DNA from: Octopus vulgaris
Taxonomy: Eukaryota
Assembly (NCBI GenBank): GCA_951406725.2
Contig: OX597818.1
Location: 46,872,001 to 46,936,000, forward strand
Direction of reading: 5' to 3'
DNA: 64,000 bases
Shown here: in pieces, positions 24,901 to 37,073 of the stretch
Layout of the letters: each line of letters opens with the position of its first letter
Position numbering within the stretch: position 1 is the first letter of the stretch
Position numbers and translations under genes: made by a program
The notes under the pieces: model-generated
The model's input: only the letters and a program-made list of their open reading frames with translations
What the model was told of the DNA's origin: nothing
Database searches by the model: none

Positions 24901-27900
24901 GCTACACATCTCGTTAAATAATGTTACTCCAGAGATTTCTCAGAGGCAGCTTGTATTTACGATTGTACTCTTTTGGTCATTACCCAACGTTCATGACCAT
25001 GTACTCTCTTTTACTCTTTTACTTGTTTCAGTCATTTGACTGTGGCCATGCTGCAGTACCACCTTTATAGTCGAGCAAATCGACCCCAGAGCTTATTCTT
25101 TGTAAGCCTAGTACTTATTCTATCGCTCTATTTTGCTGAACCACTAAGTTACAGGGGACGTAAACACACCAGCATCGGTTGTCAAGCGATGCTGGGGGGA
25201 CAAACCGACACACAAACATATACACACACACAACACATATATATATAAATATATATAAAAATATATATATATATATATATATATATACGACAGGCTTCTT
25301 CCAGTTTCCGTCTACCAAATCCACTCATAAGGCTTTGGTCGGCTCGAGGCTATGGTAGAAGACACTTGCCCAAGGTGCCACATATGAAAACCGAATTGAA
25401 GATAGTAAATTTGGCTTAACCAACCACTCCTCTTCTGAGGATTGAATGCTGAAGCTGGTGCATTAATGTGCCAGCACCTGCAATTCTTGCAACTGATTCA
25501 GCCTCCTGCTTCCCATCTCTCATGAATATGGTCCCAAGATACTTAAACCACTCTACTTGTCTCTGTGATGTTTCACTAACATGTAGAGTGCACTGCAAAG
25601 ACTTTTTTGAGAGGACCAATATCCCAGTCTTTGCAACATCATTTCTCATCCCTGCCTTGCAGCACTTAGCAATGAACCTATTCAATACATGCTGAAGATC
25701 ACCTTCCAATGAGTTAAGTATCTCTATGTTTGTAAATATCAGCTGACCAATCCTACACCCACGTAGTACAACTTACACAACAGCTGTGCATGTCAATCCA
25801 GTTCATAAAAATTATGAAAAGGAGAGGTGACAATATGTACCCCTACTGAAGTTTAACACCCATGTTTTTAAAAGAATATGTCCAGTTATTTAGTTAAGAA
25901 TTCTGCAGCCAGATTCTTCTCTTTGGAGTAGGGAGGGATCAGCACTTTTCTTAGATGCTAAAAAAACAAATTAACATGTTCTGTTTTAATTTTGCTTGGA
26001 CACCTTTTATAGTGTTCAAAACTATTGAATAGGTGTAATTACCCACCTTACTGCTGCACTAACAAGGGAAGTCCATTTTACAGTTACTCTACCTGCTAGA
26101 AATAGCAACCAAATTTTCTTCCTATCAACTCTACTATCAAAAAATGGTGGATGGGTACATTCAATAATATAGTCCTGGATATAAAAAAGGCAGGATGGTT
26201 AAGGCTGGAATGACTTACTGTTTAGTTTTATTTGTCGACTACATTATCCTAAGGTATGAAAGTTATTCAGTTCCAGAGTAAAGGGAGCAATATAAAATAA
26301 CAAGCAAATAAAGTTTACTTACTCAAAAGATGGTATTGAATTTCTGGACCTTCGGAACTAATATATAGAAATATTATTATTGAATATCTTTAATGAATAA
26401 TCATTATCATTGTAACTGTTCTTCATTTCAGTTGTTTACTGCTGGGAAAGAAAAGGTACAACCAATCACTGGCATAGAATTTGATCGAATGCCATCACGT
26501 ACTACAGATTGCAAGTACTATGTTCTTGTTACAACTCCTAGGTAAGACCAAATCTTATGAAGATATATTCTGGTAAGATTATAAGCTCAAGACAGAAATG
26601 AATCACTGGGATATATTTAATTCTTATATTCAACTGTTTGTGTTGTATCACTTACACATTCATAATAAATGAGTAATATTCTTACTTAAAGTTATAGGAG
26701 AAAATGAAGTTCGTTTTGTTGAAGTTCAATAAATGGTTCTTCCTTCAGTAACTATTATTATGGTTCTTTTGAATTAACTAATCCTTGAATTGTTATCATG
26801 GCTCAGTAGTATTAAGAATAACTTATGTTAATCAAGCATATTTAGAATACATAATACTTTGGGTTATAAGCAAAGAGAAAACTGAAGGCAACATTTTCAC
26901 TTAAAGCAAGAATTAGTATTCTAAATGTCTTTTTTTGTATCTTCTTTTCCATTTTTTAAAAATATGTTTTTTTTTTGTTTTTGTTTTTTTTTTAGTCGTC
27001 TTTATCAATTTATTGGAACAGTTTCCACTTCAGCTGAAGCTCCTATATTCCAACAGTTATTTCAAACTTACCTTGATACCCCAGGTAAAGTATTTTACCA
27101 TCAAAATTTGTTTTGCCATCATTTTATATGTATATTTTTTTTAAAACTTTTTCTCAAAGACTATGCAACGTACCCTGGTAATATATTTGAATATTTTACT
27201 TTTCATGGTACAAGAGTGTATGTATTTTTAGCTTAAAACAGTTCCACAAGAATGCAATACTTAACCTTTTAGCATTCAGATTACTACTCTATCAAATGTA
27301 ATGCTTATTTATTGACATTGTTTTGAATTAATCATGCATTATGTTCTAGCATTGAGATTTGGACGACGTGATTGCTTATTTTTAGAATTACATTGTAGGG
27401 TAAGTGTGAGAAGCTAGATCTGGCCTGTTTAAACATAAAGTAGATAGATGATTCAGGCTAGATATGGCTTGTTGAAATGATAAAGAGTTAGAATTCACTG
27501 AAGTTAATGAAAATCAAATCAGTCAGAATATAAAACATTCGAGCGAGGTCGTTGCCAGTGCCGCTGGACTGGCTTCTGTGCAGGTGGCACATAAAAAGCA
27601 CCATTTGAGTGTGGTTGTTGCCAGTACTACCTGACTGGCCCTCATGCTGGTGGCACGTAAAAGCACCCATTACACTCTCGGAGTGGTTGGTGTTAGGAAG
27701 GGCATCCAGCTGTAGAAATTCTGCCAGATCAGATTGGAGTCTGGTTTGCCAGACCTCAGTCAAAGCGTCCAACCTATGCTAGCATGGAAAGCGGATGTTA
27801 AACGATGATAATGATATATGCTTAAAGCATGTTCTCACATTACCTTGGGCTAAAGCTAGGAAATACTTTCATACCATAACTTACATTTTTACTTATGCAA

Positions 27901-30484
27901 AACCTAAGTTTCATCATCATCATCATCATTGTTTAACATCTACCTTCCATGCTGGCATGGGTGGGACGGTTTTACAGGAGCTGTATCAGAACTGGTGCTA
28001 TAAGAAGAAAACTACAACAATATCAATTTGGCATTTAATCTCCTTTGGAGTGGTCTCCTTCTGAAGTCATACACATTATCCAACATCATTTTCATTGATG
28101 GAAGCATCCTGGAATTCCTCTTTTGAGATAATGAGCAGCTGCCTCTTTCCTTTCTCTTGGATTTCCTCAATCCCTTGAAATCTTGTTCCTTTCAAGAGGG
28201 ATTCCTTTCAAGCTTTGGTGTGAGGGTCGTAGCTGTAGACCTACAATTCATCACGTGTTATGACCTTTTTTCAAAACGTTTTCGTCTTCCTTGACTCAAT
28301 CAAGGAGACTGAAACCCAGTCTTTTTGAGACAACCACATTTTACACACTTTACTTCCAAGCACTGCTATAAACAACAGAAGTGAGTGAGAACATTATAAC
28401 TTTGTGTGCACATGCAACAGAATTCAAAGTCAGTCTGTGCCAAGCAGCTTCATTCTACATGCTTCAGCTCAGTTACCATAGCAACAGTCCTGATACTTTT
28501 TGATCAGTTCCCATATATTATATCTGGTAATGATTCTCTGAAGGGAATATTTAAAACATTTTCATTATTGATTATTCAAATCTATTGTTGCTTGGATTCT
28601 GGTTTTCATTTTTATTTGTTCTGTCATTAATGGTTTATTGAAGTATATATCTTTGATCAATTGATATTTTCTTGCAATAAATATATGTATTTTATTTATC
28701 AATCTCGTTACAGAAGAATTCCTGGAACTCCCTTATAATTTCGGTACAAGTGAACTACGTATATTTAACAATAGCTCAAAATCACGAGGCAAAGCTTTTG
28801 CCCTGATGGCAGGTAAATTTTTAAAAATTTGTTAATTTCTGGATATTTTTAATATTAATAAATTTAGTGGTTGGTAAGTTGACAAACAATACATCACCAG
28901 ACCTTAGAGTATCTCTCCCTCTTCATTCTAAGTTCTCATCCCACCAGGTGAACACAATATATGGTGTCTTCTTTATTTCCCTTCCATGCTTTACTGCTTA
29001 TTGGTCCATCTTTGAATAGTTCCAGTAACTTACCAGTTTTTCTATGGGAAGAAATGGCCTGCCACTTATTGAATCTTTCTTCATTTCTGGAGAAAGAAAC
29101 GATGTGATTGGTCTCTCATGAACCTTTTCTGAAAACAGCTGGTTCTTAGAGAGAGTAGAACTGATCCCAGTATGTTACCAGTACTTTATTGACCTTGGAA
29201 AGATAAAAGATAAAAGGCACAGTTAAACTGAGCAGGATTTGAACTCAGCATGCAGTAGAATGAAATACTGCAAGGCAGTTTACCTGACACTCTAATGCAG
29301 CAGTTCTCAACCAGATCCCAGGGCCACATATGGCCCTCAAGTATCCTTCTGGTGGTCCCACCAATGGTCTTCAGTTTATAAATATAATAAATTCTTCTTT
29401 GTGTTTTACTTTTTTTTTTGGTGCAGCCTCCTAAAAAAAATCTTGGTTTTGAATATGGCCCAGATATTAAAAAGATTGCGAATCACAGCTCTAATGACTC
29501 TTATCTAGTCACCACCTAGTTATATACTAATTAACTAAATCAGCTATATTTTTCTACATCCATACTAGCTCTACACCCCTAGCCAGAAGAAACAAATGTT
29601 AATACATTTTTTTTTATAGAACTGATTTTTGTCAGTGCTAAGGTCTTTATTTAATTATGCAAAAATTGTACATCTTTTATTTACAAAATTTTTGTAAGAA
29701 TGGCTTTAAACAAGTCTGCTTGAATATGTCAGATGTTATAAATGTAGTTAGTAGTCTTATCATCTGGTGTTTTCTTTGTCTTGATAGCCACCTGGCTTTT
29801 TTGCATTTTCGTTTGGTGGTTGGGTAGCATATGAGCATATCAGCTATATCATCAGATATTCAATATGCCTGTCTCCTAATTTCATATTACAAACTTACTG
29901 TATACAGTAAAAAGCGCCCACTCCACTCTGTAAGGTGGTTGGCATTAGGAAGGGCATCCAGCTTTAAAAACCTTTCCAAAGTAGCCAGTGGAGCTTGGTG
30001 CAGTCCTCTGACTCAGTAGCTCCTATCAAACTGCCATACTCATGCCAGCATGGAAGACAGACATTAAATGATGATGATGGGGATATATACGAACTTAAGA
30101 CTTTTGTTAGCCGCTCTCCAGCCATCTATTTAAAACTGTATACAGCTATGGTACGACCACACTTGGAATTCGCATCATCAGTTTGGAACCCCTATCTTGC
30201 TCAGAACATTGACTTCCTGGAATCGGTTCAGAGACGTGCAACCAAACGCATACCCTCCATCAGACACCTACCATATTCTGAGCGCCTTGTTTCCCTGGGC
30301 ATGGATTCACTGAAGCTCCGGCGTCTGGCGACGGACTTGGTTAACGCCCACAAAGTTGTCAACCACCTCAGCCATGACACTGCATCCTTTAAGGCCCTCA
30401 TGCTTTCCGAAATCCGTCAAAACTACACCTGATTATATATGCACTTTAGATGAGTTGTAGTGCACCTGAGCACTGTACACAATG

Positions 30485-30527
<43 letters not shown>

Positions 30528-33500
30528 TCACTATAAATAGTCTTATTGAGAAGAAAGTGGATTGTAATGTAAGATGGAGCAAATTTAAATCATAAATTGT
30601 TTAACATTACAGTGATTTATTTATCTATTCAGCTTTCTTCAACAACATGATAAGATTATTTGAACTGGTTTCATTCTTTTATTCTTTTACTTCATATCTA
30701 ATTTCAATTTCAAGTTTATAATCCCACTTCATATTGTGATGAAGTGATTATCTCCCTTGTAATAGCTGCGACTGTTTGCGGACCTCATAGTAGTAATTTT
30801 TCTTTTCATCAAAATTATGAATCTTTTGTCATCGAAATAATTTTTGGATTCATAAAAATTATTAATTTGTTTTTTAACTATCTGATCAATTCATATTCTT
30901 GAATCCTAAATAAATTCTAGGATTTAAACGATTGTATGAATTAATTTCAAGAGTAAATTCTATCAAATGAGTAATTAAAAATTTTTAATCATTTGAAAAT
31001 TAAAATTATTTAGCTTTGAATACCAAAGTACTAATGAATATGAAAAATAGATATATCCAAATGAGATTTTCTGTTATACTGTTCTTTTCATATTTTTTAT
31101 ATTTTCTAGGACCCGGAATCTACTATGGTGATATTAATGTCCAAGGTGCTGCTGGCCCGAACTCTGTTACTTTCAACTCTAAACTTATGCCATATCCTTT
31201 TCAGTATACTTTCTTCTGTTAGGTTTATTCACCTGTAAACATAAAACAGTTACCTTTTACTTGTTACTGGTTTCAGTCATTGGACTATGGTCAAGCTAGG
31301 ATATCACCTTGAAGGGCTTAGTCCAACAAATCGACCCCAGTTCTTATATTTTTAAGCCTAGTATTTATTCTATCAGCCTCTTTTGCTGAATTGATAAGTT
31401 ACAGGAATGGAAGCAAACCAACACCGGTTGTCAAGCAGTAGTTGGGGACAAACATGCACAAAGACACGCACATACATGTGATGGGCTTCTTTCAGTTTCT
31501 GCCTACCAAAGCCACTCACAAGGGTTTGGTCGGCCTAAGGTTAATAGTGTAAGACACTTGTTCAAGGTGCCACACAGTGTGATTGAACCTGGAACCATAT
31601 TGTTGGGAAGCAAGCTTCTTACCACTCAGCCATGTCTGCACCTACTTAATGAACAGTAATAAAGTGAATTATCATCATCATCCTCATTTAACGTCTGCTT
31701 TCCATGCTAGCATGGGTTGGACGATTTGACTGAGGATTGGCGAACCAGATGGCTGCACCAGGCTCCAATCTTAATCTGGCAGAGTTTCTACAGCTGGATG
31801 CCCTTTCTAATGCCAACCACTCTGAAAGTGTAGTGGGTGCTTTTACGTGTCACCTGCACGGGAGCCAGTCCAGCAGCACTGGCAACGCCCTCGCTCAAAC
31901 GTTTTTTCACGTGCCAGTAAGGGGATGCTGGTAATGATCACGCTCGAATGGTGCTTTTTATGTGCCACCGGCAAGGAAGCCAGTTGGCTGCTCTGGCAAC
32001 GATCACACTCGGATGGTGCTCTTAGCATTCCACTAGGACGGATGTCAGTCATCGTATTTGATTTCGATTTCACTTGCCTCAACAGGTCTTCGCAAGCAGA
32101 GTTTAGTATCCAATGAAAGAAAGGTACGCATAAGTGGGCTGGTTACATCCATGGCATAGGCCACGAGGTTATGGTCTCACTTGGCTTGCCGGGTCTTCTC
32201 AAGCACAGCATATTTCCTGATATAAGGAAATACAATTCTCCATTGCTAGGCTAATTGGAATTAGAAATATAGTTATTTTAAAATTTCTCAAATAGGTTAC
32301 AAGATGTCAAGTGACACATATATAACAGGTACATACAACAAGTGGTCAAGCTGAACCAAATGCCTGAACATTAAGTTCAGGGATGCCTGAAAAAAGATAT
32401 TTTGTAAATTAAAAATTATTACTTATATAAAAGAAAATCTTTAAAAAAGGAAAATCAGATAACATTGACCTGTTGGAGAAAGTTTTAATGGAATCACTTT
32501 TTGCTGTTTTCAGCTTTGCAAATACATGTTATGAAAAGCTCTTACACAAAAACTTCCATTTTTTTTTTTTAAAAGATTATTTTTTATATAATTGATTTTT
32601 AATTAAAAAGAAAATCTTATTTCTAATATTGTGGCTGCATCAAGAAATTCTAACATCCATTTTCCATGCTGACATTAAACGCTGATGATGATATTAAAAG
32701 ATTTTGGAAAAATTTCTTGATGCAGTCACAGTATTTGAAATAAGATTTTTCTATTTTAATTAAAAATAAATTAAATGAAAAAATAATCTTTTAAAAAAAG
32801 ATAGAAGTTTTTCATAATATGTATTTACAAAACTGAAAACTGTAAAAAGCACTTACATTAAAAATTATCCCCATATATATATAAAGTCAAATCGGATAGT
32901 CAATCATTAAGAAGAACAATAACAGAACAACAAGAGGATGTGCATATAGATTGTATTTGTTTGACTCTTAGTAAAAAGAGAGAGTTTTTGACATTTCAAG
33001 CATAGCTCTTCATCAGAAAGGAAAACAGAAAAGTCTAGAGAAGGAAAAATATAACCAATTTTCTGAATATAAGTGGCTGGGATTAGGAAGGGTATCCAGC
33101 TGTAAAAACCATGCTGAAACAAACTTCACTAATGTTAGTGCCGTGTGTAAAGCACCCAATCCACTCTGTAAAATGGCTGGCATAAGAGACTTGCTGATAA
33201 TGGTGCCACATAAACAGTACCCACTCTACTCTGTAAAGTGGTTGGTGTTAGGAAGGGGATCCAGCCATAATGAGAGTTAGGAAGGGGATCCATGCCAAAG
33301 CAGACAGTGAAGCCTGATGAAGTTCTTTGGTTTGCCAGTTCCTGTCAAACCATCCAACCTATGCCAGCATGGAAGCCACATGTTAAATGATGATATCAGA
33401 AGGATAAATGGAAAATGAAAGAAAGATTCCTGTAATGTCATGTAAAATACCATTATAATGATATCGTATTACTCCATTGATTCACATGTTTACTGACACA

Positions 33501-36500
33501 TTGTCATCATCATCATCATCGTTTAACATCCGTTTTCCATGCTAGTATAGGTTGGACGGTTCAACAGGGGTCTGGGAAGCCAGAAGGCTGCACCAGGCTC
33601 CAGTCTGATCTGGCAGTGTTTTCTACAGCTGGATGCCCTTCCTAACGCCAACCACTCCGTGAGTGTAGTGGGTGCTTTTTACACTCACAGAGTGGTTGGC
33701 ATGACAATATTGTAGTCTTTTTCTAATGTGTTAGAATGGTTGTTTATACCAACTTTGAACTATTCAAACCAAAGAATAACACTTAAAAACTTTTGTAAAT
33801 TGATGGTCTTGATACTTTTTAAAAATGTTTTTTAAGAATATGGTTACTTAAGCATAGGTCATATTGTCAACAAAGCTCATGCACTGATTGTATTTCACTT
33901 CAATTTTATTGTCAGTTAATTAGAGGATTAATCATTTAATTACCTAAATTATCCAAACTCTTTCATCACAGCCCATGACCTTATCAATGATAATGTGGCT
34001 CTCATGTATCTCCTCTTCTATGTAATTGCTTATTTTTTTTTTACTTCTATGTAATTGCTTATTTATACAAGATTTTACTTCCAAGAATCTTACAAAACAA
34101 ATACATGTATGATGCTTTTAAAAAAACTTTTTTTCCTGAACCATTTCAATTACCCTGTTGAGAGCAACAATAAAGTCGTACCTCTTTCCATTGTTCTCAC
34201 TGAATTTCATGTTCTTATACTTTTTCCTGACAGGTGAGTTAACATAACTTTAATTTCTTTTGTAACTTACTTTTTTTATTTTTTTAATGGTATCAAAGGC
34301 TGCTGTTTTCTAAATCAGTAGTAGTGCTGGCTTACCAGTAGAAGGGTCTTTAGTCTAGGTATAAGGCATTTTAGCACCACTTATTTGAGGGTAGACATTT
34401 TAATTATAATGTTTCCCCTCCATAAAGACAGTTTAATGTTTCTTTTGTTCTCTCTCTCTCTCTCTTTCTCTGTGAGTGTCTATGTGTGTTTGTGTGGGGG
34501 GAAAGAGAAAATGTAGATGTTAGTTGTGTCCAATTAATAAATTGTTACATATCTTTCTCTCTCTCTCTCTTTCTTCCTTTCTCTCTCCCTCACTCTATCT
34601 CTATGTGTATATTTCTGTGTGTTCATGCATGTGTGTTTGTATGTTTGCCACTAGTGCCAAAAGGTACTGACACCAAAGCAGGCTAAATGTCCAGTCAGCC
34701 CTGTCAAATCATTAACATCCAAACAGCTGTGCCTAATCACATTGTTCCATTTTCAGTCCATCTCTCATCACTAGTGCTATGTTGTGCCTTTAGTCGAGGT
34801 ACTCTATTCTAAAAAAAAACTCAGTCTAGACCGCTGTGAATAGGTGAAGCAGTACAGCTTAACCCGATAGGATTGATGAATGTTTTGTAAGCATAAGGTG
34901 TCGAGCTGGCAGAAACGTTAGCACTCCGGGCAAAATGCTTAGCGGTATTTCGTCTGCCGCTACATTCTGAGTTCAAATTCCGCCAAGGTCGACTTTGCCT
35001 TTCATCCGTTTGGGGTCGATTAAATAAGTACCAGTTACACACTGGAGTCGTTATAATCGACTTAATCCGTTTGTCTTTGTTTGTCCCCTCTGTGTGTAGC
35101 CCCTTGTGGGCAGTAAGAAATAAGAATGTTTTGTAAGCTTCCTGTTAATACAGGAATTTCGAGATGGGGTCTTCCAAACTGACACCCTAGATTTACTACA
35201 TGGATGAAATCTTTATTAGTAGCCCAGTGTATAATAAGACCTTCAAATCTAATCTAAGGGAAGTATTTTGTATATTAATAGTTGGGTTAATATTAATTTG
35301 TAGATTTAAGATGGCGAGCTGGTGGAATTGCTACCACACCAGGCAAAATGCTTAGTGGCATTTTGTGTGTCTTTACAGTCTGAGTTCAAATTCCACTTAG
35401 GTCAACTGTGCCTTTCATCCTTTCTGATTTGATAGAATAAGTACCAGATGAGCACTGAAGTCAATGTATTGCAACTTACTCTGCCTTCCTATATTGCTGG
35501 TCTTGTGCCAGAATTTGAAACCAATATTAATTTGTATATGCTTTTTTTATATTTCTTATTCACATTAATTTCATTGGCCTCATGGAGGCAATGACCAAGA
35601 CCTTTGGCAATTTGTTGTGCTTGTGAAGAAGACCCATCAAGCCAAGCAAAATCACAGTCGTGGCATGTAAAAGCACCCCGGTGTCATGCAAATGGCACTT
35701 GTGCCAGTGGCACATAAAAACACCCATTACACTCTTGGGGTGGTTGGCATTAGGAAGGGCATCCAGCCATAAAAAACCCATGCCAGATCAGACTGGAGTC
35801 TGGTGCAGCCTTCCAGCATGCCAACATGGACAATAGACATTAAATGATGATGATGATGACCAAGCAAAACTTTTTCCTTTAAAGAGGACATTATTATTAA
35901 TTAGATTTTGTTTTAAATATTACAAGAACACTAAGCTAAACAGCTCAAAATTCGTCAAATGAAAAATTCTCTATAAACATGCTTATAGCATGTTATTTAG
36001 TATAAACACAAACAGAGCTTTAACTATACAGGCTTTATTAGGGCCTACAGCCATTCAAAATAAGGTTTATTTATATGCCTATTAGTGGTAGTATCTGCTT
36101 TTGTTGGCATGAACTATTTTTACAGTGATAACATATGATGGATAATTATAGTAAAATAAACTAAAATTGAAAGGAAACAGTCTGACATGACATATTGAAA
36201 GGCTTTTATGAGGAAGTCATTTTTTTCTCTCTTGTCTCTTCTTGCAATGAAATTTATTTTATAATTGCATTTGTCTGCTAATAAATGTCCTGAACATCTT
36301 CAAAATCTCTAAGCTACGAGATAATACATGACTAATTTTTATAAAATGTGAATTAATAAGCATTGCATTTGATACAGTGATCTGAATGCTAAAAGGTTAA
36401 ACTGCAATGATAAAAATATCTAAGAATTTGTCCATATTTTCTTCTTCTTCAGAATGAAAGCAGTGTGCCTTCTTAATGAGCAACTGATTTATGATGATGT

Positions 36501-37026
36501 ATTTCCAGAGGTCAGTGTCTCTTTCTCTTTTCATTTCATTCCTTCATTTAAAAAGAAAAACAATTTTGAAATTTTCTCACAGTAAAAATCAAATCCTATG
36601 TTTATCAGTTTAAAATAAAATTACTTTCAACTTGATATTTAATCTAATTTTGTAAAGGTCCTTTTATTTGTTAAGACAAATTTCTAGCTTTCCCTTCATT
36701 TATTACTTCCATTTACTTTCTACTATGTGTGAGTGTTTTTGATTGCTGTTGAGAAAATTCAATAAACTCCGCTTAAATTTACAGCAGTTGGATATGTAGA
36801 CACAGGCATTAGCTTTCATTTTGAATATTCCACAAAAGTATGTCTGGCCATGGAAAAATATTACCTTGCTTAGAAACAGATGAGGGTTGATGATAGGATG
36901 GGCATCCAGCCTTAAAAAAAATCTGCCTCAATAAACTCTGTCCAACCATGCAAGCATGGCAAAGCAAACATTAAAATAATGATTGTCAAACATCGCATTT
37001 GGTAGTCTAAAGTGTAGTGTAGCAAT

Positions 37027-37073
<47 letters not shown>

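Larger units (their letters stand above)
31192..34149 (+). other. Minor-spliceosome (U12-type) intron of VPS18 with probable AT-AA termini
   Basis: 5' end ATATCCTTT is an exact U12 donor consensus. Branch-point-like TTCCTGAAC at 34133-34141. No good polypyrimidine-AG acceptor at the exon boundary. Joining at ..TTCAA|T restores M-P-Y-P-V-E-S in frame. Confidence 0.78.

Noticed and set aside
31204-34164. Conventional GT-AG reading of VPS18 intron 10 (CA|GTATAC ... GAGAG|C)
   Set aside because: It is in frame, but both sites are poor and there is no pyrimidine tract before the AG, while a perfect U12 donor and a branch-like site explain the junction better. It cannot be excluded without RNA data.
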